Virus record (IMG/VR): IMGVR_UViG_3300043446_003513
Span: 1-64,000 of that record
Length of the DNA stretch: 64,000 bases
Direction: 5' to 3' (one strand)
Source: a virus
The position numbers were made by a program, and so were the translations under genes. Below the pieces are notes generated by a model that saw only the letters and a program-made list of their open reading frames with translations, was not told the DNA's origin and did not search any database. Below are positions 49,100 through 58,674 of the stretch, piece after piece. Positions within the stretch are counted from its first letter, which is position 1, and each line of letters opens with the position of its first letter.

Positions 49100-49405
49100 C
49101 TATAGCCATTGTTTAAGCTCCTCAACTACAAAATGTTTAGGTTTAGCGCCAACAATTCTTTTAACCTCTTTGCCGTTTTCAAAAACTATGGTAGTTGGAA
49201 CTGATGTTATTTGATATTTGCTTGATTGAATTGGATTTAAATCAATATCTATTTTTGCAATCCATACGGCATATTCTTTAGAGATTTCATCTAAGATTGG
49301 GGAAAACATTTTACATGGTCTGCACCATTCTGCCCAAAAATCAACAACTAAAACATTGTGCTGTTGTAAATGAGAGTCTAAATTATCATCAGTTGCTAGT
49401 ATCAT
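49100..49405 (-). CDS. trxA: Thioredoxin
   Basis: VVDFWAEWCRPCK, SVPT; start ATG 49405 after aaggag. Confidence 0.9.
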   Translation of the reverse strand: MILATDDNLDSHLQQHNVLVVDFWAEWCRPCKMFSPILDEISKEYAVWIAKIDIDLNPIQSSKYQITSVPTTIVFENGKEVKRIVGAKPKHFVVEELKQWL

Positions 49406-49871
49406 TTTTCTCCTTATGTGTTGGCCAAAAATAGTTACATGTATCACAACATACATACCCTATGTTTCTGTAGTCTGCAAACTCTGAATAAAACCAATAA
49501 TGATCTGGATCTTTTTCGTAGAGCCTCCCCTTGTGGCTGTAATGTAACTCTTCTAGTTCTAACCACCAAGGCTTGTCTGATTCAACTCCCCAAAAATTAT
49601 CCCAATATACTTTAATAAACTGATCTCTAGTATTATCCTTATACCCTCTTCTAATTACTTCTTTAATAATTGACTCGTTATAAAGTAGTAACCAGTCTTC
49701 GTGGCCATCCCACATTCTTACTGCTGGGTGATTAGACCAAGCCCCTGATTCATATAACCCAGCTAAAGATTTTAATATTTGAAAATTTTCAATTCGCTGT
49801 TTCATCAATCTTTTTGAATCTAAACTTTGTGCAATAAGATCAAAGTCCGACTCTGGTAAAAATGTCTGCAT
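49389..49871 (-). CDS. Pyrimidine-dimer DNA glycosylase-like protein (MSMEG_6728 type)
   Basis: MQTFLP, LD.KRL.KQR.E..QIL, W.NHPAVRMW.G, H.SH...L..KDP.HY. Confidence 0.82.
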   Translation of the reverse strand: MQTFLPESDFDLIAQSLDSKRLMKQRIENFQILKSLAGLYESGAWSNHPAVRMWDGHEDWLLLYNESIIKEVIRRGYKDNTRDQFIKVYWDNFWGVESDKPWWLELEELHYSHKGRLYEKDPDHYWFYSEFADYRNIGYVCCDTCNYFWPTHKEKNDTSN

Positions 49872-50455
49872 TATTTCCCGCCCTCTCTATTCGCAAACTT
49901 AAACCACGCACTAGCAGTATACCTATTTTTGCCAAAAACTTCAAGCACCTCGTGATAATAGTTTTCATTTCCTGGAAAAGAAATCGTACTATTTGCAATT
50001 GGTTTTATTTTTAAATTATGTTGAGGAAAATGTAGCTCTCCCCCGTCATAATCATCATTTAAATAATAAATAATTGAAAGGTTAAAATCTGACATAATTT
50101 CTTCATCGTAGTGAGCGTTCATGTGTATATTTTTTTTCCATTTATTTATAAACATTGAATTTGATCCTTCGTCTTCTATCCGATGCTCAAACTCAACTCC
50201 ATATTTTTTTTCTATTTGTTCTTTTACGGAAGTAAAAATATTTTGTAAAATATTTTTTATTTCATCTGGAAGATCTTTTTGATATTGCTTATATATATTT
50301 TTTTCTATCTCTAATTCTTCTAAAGTTTTTTCTTTAGTTCCTTGATAATCAAAATCTGCGGTTTCCACAAAATTCAACAACTTAATTCTATCAAACTCAT
50401 TTAAAATATCTGTATGTATCATTATGTTATCGGTGGAACCATCAAATTTAAACAT
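49871..50455 (-). CDS. 2OG-Fe(II) oxygenase
   Basis: AHYD, YLNDDYDGGELHFP, YYHEV, NRYT. Confidence 0.88.
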   Translation of the reverse strand: MFKFDGSTDNIMIHTDILNEFDRIKLLNFVETADFDYQGTKEKTLEELEIEKNIYKQYQKDLPDEIKNILQNIFTSVKEQIEKKYGVEFEHRIEDEGSNSMFINKWKKNIHMNAHYDEEIMSDFNLSIIYYLNDDYDGGELHFPQHNLKIKPIANSTISFPGNENYYHEVLEVFGKNRYTASAWFKFANREGGK

Positions 50456-50657
50456 CAGATTTTAACTCTTCCGCTGCAGCATTAAACTTATTCATAAAGT
50501 TTTGAATGATAAATATCGTAGTCTCATTAGCATTATTTGCTAAGGCTTTTGAGGACTCCTCTGTTTTATCTTCCTCTGGAATAGCGTTATACCATTTCTG
50601 GTATAACTCTATCGCAAGGTCTCTTATAATCTCTTCTAAGACTGTTAAATTAGCCAT
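50448..50657 (-). CDS. Hypothetical protein
   Basis: Start ATG 50657. Confidence 0.6.
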   Translation of the reverse strand: MANLTVLEEIIRDLAIELYQKWYNAIPEEDKTEESSKALANNANETTIFIIQNFMNKFNAAAEELKSDV

Positions 50658-51582
50658 TAATAGATGCTCCAATGTTTATTAAGCCTGGGAAGGATCCTTG
50701 TCTTCCCCGAACCGTTGTTGATGTACGATAAACTAAATCAAATTGTTCTGTAAATGAAAGTCCTGGCTTAGCACTTTTTATTGCAATCCATTGTGCTGCA
50801 GCAATTTGAGTAGAAGCCGAAGTTCCAGCAGCATTTGCTTTAGCCCCGCCAGGAAGAATTGCAGTCGTATTACCAAGCGCAAACAACATTTTTAAATTTT
50901 TGTCTACATTTGAATACATGGCAATATCATTTTGTTGATCTGTCGCAGACACTGGAATGGCGCCAGCCTCACATGCTGGCCAATCAACTCTATTATAATC
51001 TCTATCATTTCCAGATGAAACAAAGAAAGGTACGTTCATAGAAGAAAGAGTCTTAATATTGTTGTTCACTCTTGCATTAACTGGACAGTAATTCTGTCTA
51101 GACATCAGATTGTGGTGGCTTTGTGCGCTTGCAACTGCTTGAATATTGTATTTGTCTTTATTATCAATAACCCATTTTAACGCATTTTCTACAGATCTTG
51201 GGCCAGCAAGTTGCCTACTGCCAGATTTAGTATTACCAATAATTCTAATAAAAACAATTTTCATATTTGGGTTAGCATTAACAGCAATTGAAGCCATTTG
51301 TGTCCCGTGATTAAAATCTCTAGTTACCATAAAATTAAGAGGGATAACTGAGGCTCCAGGGCCCTCCATGAAAGACGTCCCATTTGGACAGGAATTCCAT
51401 TCGAGGACACAAACCTCTTGGGCTATCCTATCTTGAAAAATAGGGAGTGATGTATCCAATGCTGTGTCGAGAATAGCTAAAGCTGGTTGCGCTACTGCAT
51501 CTTGATTTTTAATCGCTGCATTCGCTGTTGTTGGAATAATTAATAGTAATGATAAAACCGCCAAAATAATTTTTTTATTCAT
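50650..51582 (-). CDS. Secreted subtilisin-like (S8) serine protease
   Basis: Signal peptide; AILDT, HGTQMAS, SSGN, AGTSAS catalytic motifs. Confidence 0.85.
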   Translation of the reverse strand: MNKKIILAVLSLLLIIPTTANAAIKNQDAVAQPALAILDTALDTSLPIFQDRIAQEVCVLEWNSCPNGTSFMEGPGASVIPLNFMVTRDFNHGTQMASIAVNANPNMKIVFIRIIGNTKSGSRQLAGPRSVENALKWVIDNKDKYNIQAVASAQSHHNLMSRQNYCPVNARVNNNIKTLSSMNVPFFVSSGNDRDYNRVDWPACEAGAIPVSATDQQNDIAMYSNVDKNLKMLFALGNTTAILPGGAKANAAGTSASTQIAAAQWIAIKSAKPGLSFTEQFDLVYRTSTTVRGRQGSFPGLINIGASING

Positions 51583-51780
51583 GATGTTATTCTACTAAAT
51601 TAGGGTTAGTCTGTCAATCGTTTTTTGGAAAATTATCTAGATACCACTTATCTGCATCTAATGTAGGATAAGTAGATTTATTTAGCTGAATTAAGTAATT
51701 GACTAACTGGGTCAATTCATGCATTTCATATTGCATTCTAACGAAATCAAGTTCTAACAACCTAAGTCTTTCAGACTTTC

Positions 51781-52110
51781 TCATTCTGATTCCTCTCGAT
51801 CTACTGGAGTAGGCGCTGTTGCCAAACTACCACAATTTGCACATTCCATATCCAAAAAATAAGTAGATATTTGATAATCTTCGAATGAAGCTTTTAGGTT
51901 CCAAATGCTACACCCACATATACAAATGTGTGTTGGGGTTCCTCTTAAATCTACTGCATTTTCATAAGTTGGGGGATCATAAAAATCTTGTGGCTCTTCT
52001 AATCTATCTACATAGTAGAGCCCAACTTTATATCTAGAAAACAAGGCTTTTAAAACATCGAACAAAACAAACATTAATGCGAAAACCCCTAGCCCTTTTA
52101 AGATCTTCAT
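51781..52110 (-). CDS. Membrane-anchored Zn-finger protein
   Basis: TM helix; CICGC...CANCG. Confidence 0.6.
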   Translation of the reverse strand: MKILKGLGVFALMFVLFDVLKALFSRYKVGLYYVDRLEEPQDFYDPPTYENAVDLRGTPTHICICGCSIWNLKASFEDYQISTYFLDMECANCGSLATAPTPVDREESE

Positions 52111-52124
52111 AAGTACATTATACT

Positions 52125-52682
52125 CTATACTTGAATATATGTAAATGGTGAAGAAACGCTCATTGAAAATTCTGAAGCTGCCTCAAGAGCCAGTTTTAAT
52201 CTTGTCTTGGGATTCTTTATGTTTTTAGTAGCAAACAAAGCTCCTAGAGCAAAAGCTCCGCCGCTTCCCTCTGCCATGTAGTTAAAGTTATTTTCTGCAA
52301 CATGGAAATCCTCATCAATTGTAAAAAGTCTTCCTTCTACTCCAACTAAAAATATTCCGCCAACATCGCCATCTTCGTTAGGCCCAAAATTTCCGTAACC
52401 ATTTTCCTTAAAAGCCTCTTTGACAGAGTCAATAAATTTAGTTCTCATGAACTTATCTAATCCATTATTAGTTTTTGTAGGAGTATATTTTGGTGGGAGC
52501 CAATTATATTGTAAAATTTGTCCCATTCTGAAACTATCAGTAAATGCGATTCCGTATTGTCCAACCTTAAATACTTTTGGATCTTTTCTGACTAAAATCC
52601 ATCCGCTTTTTTCATCTGAAGCGGCATGATCGGCAGCCATATGGACTACCCCATTTTGAGCTATGGCTACAACACAAGTCAT
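52125..52682 (-). CDS. HslV/proteasome-beta-like Ntn hydrolase
   Basis: MTC start (Thr nucleophile), MAAD, KVF, AEGSGG.FALGAL. Confidence 0.75.
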   Translation of the reverse strand: MTCVVAIAQNGVVHMAADHAASDEKSGWILVRKDPKVFKVGQYGIAFTDSFRMGQILQYNWLPPKYTPTKTNNGLDKFMRTKFIDSVKEAFKENGYGNFGPNEDGDVGGIFLVGVEGRLFTIDEDFHVAENNFNYMAEGSGGAFALGALFATKNIKNPKTRLKLALEAASEFSMSVSSPFTYIQV

Positions 52683-52715
52683 ACCATACAGTATACTAAA
52701 TATAAATTCGAAGTG

Positions 52716-53018
52716 CTAGTACTCAATTGTTTGATTAATTAAAGATAATTTAACCAAGGTTTCTTCTAGCTCAGCTTTTACGGAAATTAATTCTTGAATA
52801 GTAGTATAATATTTATTTTTCCACTCATCTAAATCTTTTTCTAATTTATATAATTTAATTTGAAGATCTTTTAATTCAAGTTTTAATTCGTCTTGTTCTT
52901 TTTCTGCCTTACGAACTTTTTCTCTTTTTTGCTCCTGATAATAGGACAACAAAGATACACCAAATCCGCTTAAAACGGCGGAAATTAGCGTTAATGCTAT
53001 TACGGAACTATTATTCAT
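52716..53018 (-). CDS. Membrane-anchored coiled-coil protein
   Basis: TM helix plus heptad repeats. Confidence 0.6.
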   Translation of the reverse strand: MNNSSVIALTLISAVLSGFGVSLLSYYQEQKREKVRKAEKEQDELKLELKDLQIKLYKLEKDLDEWKNKYYTTIQELISVKAELEETLVKLSLINQTIEY

Positions 53019-53052
53019 TATATGAATATTATACCGTAATTTATTTAATTAA

Positions 53053-53289
53053 TTAAATTAATAGCTCTGAAGCGGAAATTTCTTCGCCAATATATCTCTT
53101 TTTTAATACAAAATCCTTAACAGAATCCGCACCGTTTTGCCTTCCAGCAATGATTACAGCCCACCTTGGTTCAAATTTAGATTCAATGCAGGTTTCACAC
53201 ATTAATAGATTAATAGAAAGCAAGGAAGACTTTTTTACATTTAACTTATTCTTAGTCTTATTACATGAATAACACAATATTTTTTCCAC
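53053..53289 (-). CDS. Zn-binding hypothetical protein
   Basis: CYSC...CETC, FEPRW. Confidence 0.6.
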   Translation of the reverse strand: MEKILCYSCNKTKNKLNVKKSSLLSINLLMCETCIESKFEPRWAVIIAGRQNGADSVKDFVLKKRYIGEEISASELLI

Positions 53290-53738
53290 TATTCTGTTAC
53301 CTCTCTGCTACATTCCGTAGCAATAAAAAATCTTACTGGATCAAATCTCCAATTATCCATAGAAAAAATTTTAGCAATTTCCTTTATTAGTTTTGCGTAA
53401 GAGTCTTCTTCAAGTTGCCCTTTAATGCTTAAAAGAATTTTTGCTATTTTATAATACTGTTCTCTAACAAAAACACATTCACCTGCTGGAGGCCTCTTTA
53501 ATATTTTTGTAAAAACATTACCGTTTGGCTCGTAGAGTGAAACAGTTAAATATTCTTTTGCAAATCCCCAATCAGTGTATGAATTATAACCATTTACTGC
53601 GTCTAAACAATTATTAAATATATAGACAGATCTTTCTGGAGTTTCGCCATCTCTAGCAATTGTTAACATATAATTGTTTTCTGGATTTTCTTTATATTTT
53701 TTAATTGTTTCAACCTGTGTATTAACAAAATACTCCAC
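53289..53738 (-). CDS. Hypothetical protein
   Basis: Coupled ORF. Confidence 0.65.
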   Translation of the reverse strand: MEYFVNTQVETIKKYKENPENNYMLTIARDGETPERSVYIFNNCLDAVNGYNSYTDWGFAKEYLTVSLYEPNGNVFTKILKRPPAGECVFVREQYYKIAKILLSIKGQLEEDSYAKLIKEIAKIFSMDNWRFDPVRFFIATECSREVTE

Positions 53739-53938
53739 TATTCGGATTCCTCTACATGTTCAAATACAATTTCGTCAACTATTGTAAAATCTTGGTTGTC
53801 CAAAAGCTCTTCCTTTTCTACTCCATCTTTAATATATTTTACCACAGATCCATAAACTCCGAGCGTTTCAACTGTTCCGTAACATTGTTCTTCATGAATT
53901 ACAACAACTGCTATCCTGTCATAATACTCTTTGCTCAT
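53738..53938 (-). CDS. Hypothetical protein
   Basis: Coupled ORF. Confidence 0.6.
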   Translation of the reverse strand: MSKEYYDRIAVVVIHEEQCYGTVETLGVYGSVVKYIKDGVEKEELLDNQDFTIVDEIVFEHVEESE

Positions 53939-54222
53939 TTTGCACCTTCCAGTTCACATCTTACGCCGTAAGACTCTATAGTATTTTTTATCATCTCAAT
54001 ATATTCAATTACTTTTACTCTATGTGATCCATCATATTTTGCAAAATTGCTTTCGTATAATCTTATAGCTAAAAATTCTGGATATTTAACTATATCCATT
54101 TTTAAATCTGGCACAGGACACCTTAATTCTCTTACTCTTTTAGCCATTTCTTTTGTATAAAAAACTGGCTTGTTTGGCTCACCAGTCCATTGGTTTATGC
54201 CATATTTAAAATGATTATCCAT
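53935..54222 (-). CDS. Hypothetical protein
   Basis: Coupled ORF. Confidence 0.6.
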   Translation of the reverse strand: MDNHFKYGINQWTGEPNKPVFYTKEMAKRVRELRCPVPDLKMDIVKYPEFLAIRLYESNFAKYDGSHRVKVIEYIEMIKNTIESYGVRCELEGAK

Positions 54223-54523
54223 TTTTCTTTCTTATTCTTTTCCATATATCTGGTGTTTTGTGAAGATTCTTAGTTTTATCTACAGATCCAGAGTTTAAAT
54301 AAACTCCACCCCACACCCCATATTCATTATTTTCTATACCAGACTGATAGCAAAGTTTAGAAACTGGGCATCCTAAGCATGCCTCATCTACATTTCTAGC
54401 TATATTTTGATCAATTTCATATTTATCAAAAAATAGATTTGTATCCATTCCCTTACATACTGCTATGTCATACCAATTAAAATCTTCTTTATCTATACCT
54501 AAACTATCTAAAATGTTTGACAT
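54215..54523 (-). CDS. whiB: WhiB-family Fe-S transcription factor
   Basis: AVCKG.D..LFF, CLGCPVSKLC, EYGVWGG. Confidence 0.9.
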   Translation of the reverse strand: MSNILDSLGIDKEDFNWYDIAVCKGMDTNLFFDKYEIDQNIARNVDEACLGCPVSKLCYQSGIENNEYGVWGGVYLNSGSVDKTKNLHKTPDIWKRIRKKNG

Positions 54524-54737
54524 ACTTTAATGGCAACTTCCATATCCCAGTTTCATCAACAGAAATTTTTTCTGCTGTTCCCCATGCACTTTCTCTAAAC
54601 ATTCCGTTAATACTGGTAAAACCATTTGGATTTTTCTTCCAAATTATTAAATCATAATTATTCCAAAAACTGTGTTGGTTATTAGACTTAGATTTGTCTA
54701 TAAAAACCTCTACACCCTTTAGTGTAAGATGAAGCAA
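54504..54737 (-). CDS. Hypothetical protein
   Basis: FWNNYDLIIW...GMF...WG. Confidence 0.6.
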   Translation of the reverse strand: MLHLTLKGVEVFIDKSKSNNQHSFWNNYDLIIWKKNPNGFTSINGMFRESAWGTAEKISVDETGIWKLPLKYVKHFR

Positions 54738-54758
54738 TTTTTTCTCCGAACTTTATAG

Positions 54759-54831
54759 CTGGCCCACCTGGACTCGAACCAGGAACCTATGAGTTAACAG
54801 CTCACCGCTCTGCCTATTGAGCTATGGGCCA
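54759..54831 (-). tRNA. tRNA-Asn(GTT)
   Basis: TGGCCCA/TGGGCCA acceptor, CT-GTT-AA loop, GGTTCGAGTCC. Confidence 0.93.
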
Positions 54832-54876
54832 TTACAACTCAATAAGTATAATTATACATTATTAAACAGGTTGATG

Positions 54877-55563
54877 TCAACGAAGCTTAAATTTTCTTTT
54901 TGCAAAAGAAACTGGGTCTAATTTGCCAGTCCATAAAGTTTTTTCTACCTTTTCTACTGGAACACAATTAGGAACCATTCTTCCGCCTTTTTCTTTCATG
55001 CCAACCTGCTTGTATCCAGTCCAACATTTTTGCATTTCGTTGTCCCATTTATCTTCATCTTCATTATCTGATTTATAAATTTCATTTTTATTTTCTGACT
55101 CAAGGTCGGTCTGACCATCCATTTTTTCAAAATCTTGATCGTCTTCTATTTCAATTACTGTATCTATTGGATTCATAATGTCATCTAATAAATCTGCTAA
55201 CTCTAGTGCTAAACTGTCTTCGTTTACAAAAGATTTTTTCATGTTCTTTTCTCTTTCAACAATTTTTCTAGACCAAGAAAATCCAGCATCTCCACCCCAA
55301 GCATCCCACATAATTCTTCCATTAGACGGATTTGATGTGTTGTAGAAATCTTTTCCCTTTTTGTCTACTTCATGTCTTGAAAAGAAAGAATACATGCGCT
55401 TAACTGTAGAAAGACTTAATGTTTCTCCACGAGCTAACTGTCCAGCTCTTGTCCAACCAACTGCAGTTCCAGCTCCCTTTGCCTTACCTTCTTCTTTCCA
55501 TCTAATTGCTCTTTTTGCCGCTGACTTCATTCCAGAAGTAGGCTTGTATCCTTCTTTTGCCAT
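54877..55563 (-). CDS. Conserved phage protein, possibly head-associated
   Basis: GTAVGWTRA.QLA, TVKRMYSFFSRH, PSNGRIMWDAWGGDAG and CW.GY...G.K.K.G..VPNCVP modules. Confidence 0.7.
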   Translation of the reverse strand: MAKEGYKPTSGMKSAAKRAIRWKEEGKAKGAGTAVGWTRAGQLARGETLSLSTVKRMYSFFSRHEVDKKGKDFYNTSNPSNGRIMWDAWGGDAGFSWSRKIVEREKNMKKSFVNEDSLALELADLLDDIMNPIDTVIEIEDDQDFEKMDGQTDLESENKNEIYKSDNEDEDKWDNEMQKCWTGYKQVGMKEKGGRMVPNCVPVEKVEKTLWTGKLDPVSFAKRKFKLR

Positions 55564-55706
55564 TATTTCTCCTTAATACTATTAATTTTAATGCTCTTAA
55601 TTTCATCGTCTACGCTAAAAATATCACTAACATACTCTGAAGCATCATCTTCATTGAACGCCTGAATTTCTATTTCTACGTCTAGCTTAATTTTATAGGT
55701 GTTCAC
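55563..55706 (-). CDS. Small hypothetical protein (47 aa), leaderless
   Basis: TATAAT-N6-GTG; manual translation. Confidence 0.55.
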   Translation of the reverse strand: MNTYKIKLDVEIEIQAFNEDDASEYVSDIFSVDDEIKSIKINSIKEK

Positions 55707-55722
55707 TAAATAATTATAGCAT

Positions 55723-55753
55723 AAAATAAGGCGACGCCAGAAGCGTCGCCTTA
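55723..55753 (-). terminator. Intrinsic terminator
   Basis: taaggcgacgc/gcgtcgcctta. Confidence 0.65.
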
Positions 55754-55763
55754 AATATAGGTT

Positions 55764-56009
55764 TTATTTCTTTACCCCTTTTTTGTCAACGGCATTAAAA
55801 GCTTCATTAATTTCTTCTAATGAAAGCTTACCGTCGTCAAGGAACGAACGTGCTAATTTTTCTACAACGGTAGCAACTCCAAGACCGCCAGCAAGCATTA
55901 CTGCCTTCATTGTATCAATTCCAACAACGGCCCCAGCTCCAATTACGGATAGTCCAGATGCTGCAAAAACTGCTACGATACGCATTATTACATTAACCAT
56001 GCCTTGCAT
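55764..56009 (-). CDS. Small two-TM membrane protein
   Basis: Two hydrophobic helices; DDGKLSLEE. Confidence 0.65.
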   Translation of the reverse strand: MQGMVNVIMRIVAVFAASGLSVIGAGAVVGIDTMKAVMLAGGLGVATVVEKLARSFLDDGKLSLEEINEAFNAVDKKGVKK

Positions 56010-56010
56010 T

Positions 56011-56223
56011 TTAGTCCTCCTTTTTATTTCTTATTCTTAAAGTAACAATCCAAACAATTGTTGACCAAACAATTGCCCATCCAACTATTGTTCTGGCTGC
56101 TCCAGTAAGTGTTAGCCATGCGATAAAGAATCCAAGTAGTGTGAATGTTTGATTCATTATTTCAATAAATGAATCCCTTATCCATGCAAAAAATCCTTTT
56201 ATCATTTTAATTACTAGTTTCAT
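56011..56223 (-). CDS. Small membrane protein
   Basis: Two TM helices. Confidence 0.65.
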   Translation of the reverse strand: MKLVIKMIKGFFAWIRDSFIEIMNQTFTLLGFFIAWLTLTGAARTIVGWAIVWSTIVWIVTLRIRNKKED

Positions 56224-58412
56224 TAGATCCTCCTCGCTGATAATATATTTGCGACAGCATTCATAACTTGAGAAACTATAATTACAGGAATAATTACTTC
56301 CTGAGCTTTTTCTCTTTGATCATCTGTCATGTCCGACCCAAGGCTAGCTAAAGCTTCTCCTGGATTAGAAAGTAAATCTGAAGTAAATTGAGCTAATTCT
56401 TGTAAGCTCTCACCAACTGCAGCAGCAGCTGCACCTGGGTCTGTAAACGCTTCTGTAAGTCCTGAAATAATTTGTTCTGCTTGAACCTCTGTTGCTGCAT
56501 CAGCAAGTGTGTATGGCATAGGGGAATTTGCATTAGCCTCCGCTCTTTGATTAAATTGTTCTACTGCTTGTGCAATTACTGGATCAGATTTAATTAATTC
56601 TGCCAATAATTTTACATCTTCCTTTGATAAATCAGTTTCTTTAATTACTTCAATTAATTGTTCTGTTTCTTTTTTAGATAATCCGCTATCTTCTAATATA
56701 TTTGCTATAATTATTTCATCTTTAGAAAGGTTTTCAGTTGGAAGATTTTCTTGAACATCTTGGTCCTGGACATCATTTATGGTCTCTTGAGGATCTTGTG
56801 TCTCTGTATTATCTTCAACAGGGACTTCTGGCTCAGGAGGTAGGACTTCAGTCTGATCTGGCTCTACTGGAACAGGTTCTGGATTTGGTACATCATCGAC
56901 TGGGGGATTCTGTTCATCGATTGGAGTTTCATCAATTGGTGTTTCTGGTTCAACAGGAATTGTTGAATCCTGATTTGGATCAGGATCTTGTTCTGGTTCG
57001 GGAGCTGGCGGAACAACGGGATCGGGATTTGGAATTACTGGTGGCTGGACTGGTACGGGAGGAGGCTCTGGTGTCGGAGGTTGAACTGGTGGAGTGGGAT
57101 TGGGTTCTGGTGCAGGAGGAGGCTCTGGAGTCGGAGGTTGCTGAGGTGAAGGCTCGGGAGTTGGAGTTGGTGTTGGAGACGGCTCGACAGGAGCGGGAGA
57201 AGTTGGAGTGGGCGAAGGCTCCGTGGGAGTTGGAGATGGGCTCGGGGTGGGTTCAGGAGCGTTCTTAAAAGTAATAGAAAGTATTAATATTTTACCAACT
57301 CCTGGAACTGGATCTGTAAAGTTAGCATTTGTAGCAGATATATTTGCTGTAGCTAAATTTGTAAATTGTTCTGTAAGCTGACTAGAAACATTAATACCTT
57401 GAGAGCCATCATTTGGGTGCCCATACCAACCAATGATTTGATCTATTAGTTTACCTTCTGGTGCATTTATAACTATAGAATCATTTTCATTTATTGTATG
57501 TTGTGGAGTAAATGGTAGTGGTGATGGAATATATAAAGTTACTACATTAGAATCTTGAGAATAAGTTGACAAACTATCATTGTCTGCTCTTATTTTAAAC
57601 TGATACTCTTTACCAGTTCCGTCAGTAGTAATTACGCTATATGGAATTGTTATAGATGTATTTAATGCTGTTTCGCTTCCAACATTACCAGTTGCTACCC
57701 CCCACCCATTAGTTGTAAAATTTGTTGTAGACCAGCTGATTGCGTATCTTTCTACTGCTGTATTTGCTTGAGTTGGAACAGGTGCAGTCCAAGATAAAGT
57801 TATATTTTCTGATTGTGTGCTTAAAGACAAACCTGTGGGAGGATTTAAAGATGGTGGAAGTGGGGGAGTTGGTTCTGTCAAATAAAAAACTGTGGACGGA
57901 ACAATTTGATCCCCAGAACCATCGTTCCAATATAACCAAACATTTGCCCCACCGCCATTTTCATAAAACCATAAAGTGAATGGATATGGGGTATTTGCTT
58001 GTAAAGTAACTGGCTGACTTATACTTCCGCCGCCACCTTTGTCATACCAGTCATTAATTAAAACTATATTATTAAAAGTAAAATGTATACCATCATCGCC
58101 AGGAGCATAAAAGTTTACTGTCTTTGTTACTGGAGACATAATATAACCAGTAAATTTAACTTCTACATCTTCATATCTATTACTAAGTACTGGTCCACCA
58201 CCCCAGTTAAAATCTATTGTAGATACTGTTGTGGTATTAATTAACACATTTTGATAGCATGGTCTAGGTGGAGCATTGTTCCATCCTGCACAATTGTATA
58301 CTTGTGCTGTTATGCCATTCTCATTAGTAGCCGCTGCCGACTCTACAAAACCAAAAAAGGATGACCCAAAGATCACCCCTAGGACGGCAACTATGCGAAA
58401 AAGTTTTTTCAA
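56223..58412 (-). CDS. Exported PA14 + FN3 + Pro/Thr-rich protein with C-terminal hydrophobic anchor
   Basis: Signal peptide; IDFNWGGG, DDG and WFYENGGGA (PA14); LSWTAP (FN3); long PTPEP tract; VIIPVIIVSQV. Confidence 0.8.
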   Translation of the reverse strand: MKKLFRIVAVLGVIFGSSFFGFVESAAATNENGITAQVYNCAGWNNAPPRPCYQNVLINTTTVSTIDFNWGGGPVLSNRYEDVEVKFTGYIMSPVTKTVNFYAPGDDGIHFTFNNIVLINDWYDKGGGGSISQPVTLQANTPYPFTLWFYENGGGANVWLYWNDGSGDQIVPSTVFYLTEPTPPLPPSLNPPTGLSLSTQSENITLSWTAPVPTQANTAVERYAISWSTTNFTTNGWGVATGNVGSETALNTSITIPYSVITTDGTGKEYQFKIRADNDSLSTYSQDSNVVTLYIPSPLPFTPQHTINENDSIVINAPEGKLIDQIIGWYGHPNDGSQGINVSSQLTEQFTNLATANISATNANFTDPVPGVGKILILSITFKNAPEPTPSPSPTPTEPSPTPTSPAPVEPSPTPTPTPEPSPQQPPTPEPPPAPEPNPTPPVQPPTPEPPPVPVQPPVIPNPDPVVPPAPEPEQDPDPNQDSTIPVEPETPIDETPIDEQNPPVDDVPNPEPVPVEPDQTEVLPPEPEVPVEDNTETQDPQETINDVQDQDVQENLPTENLSKDEIIIANILEDSGLSKKETEQLIEVIKETDLSKEDVKLLAELIKSDPVIAQAVEQFNQRAEANANSPMPYTLADAATEVQAEQIISGLTEAFTDPGAAAAAVGESLQELAQFTSDLLSNPGEALASLGSDMTDDQREKAQEVIIPVIIVSQVMNAVANILSARRI

Positions 58413-58494
58413 CCTCTTTCTCCCAATGTTTTATAACTTATTTATAAAACATTGAAATTATAGCATGTTTTAAAGCCTAATTTATTTTAGTTAA

Positions 58495-58674
58495 CTACTT
58501 ATTATCTGTCTTGTAGAATCCAGTTCCTTTAAACTGTATTCCAACTGATCCATAAGATCTTGTAGTAGCGTAACCGCAAGATAGGCATCTGGGAACAACT
58601 TCTTCGTCGTGAAAACCCCTAGTTACCTCTAATGATTTATCGCATGTCACACATACATACTCATATACTGGCAT
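58495..58674 (-). CDS. FmdB-family Zn-ribbon protein
   Basis: MPVYEYVC..C...C..C...FKGTGFY.TD. Confidence 0.85.
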   Translation of the reverse strand: MPVYEYVCVTCDKSLEVTRGFHDEEVVPRCLSCGYATTRSYGSVGIQFKGTGFYKTDNK

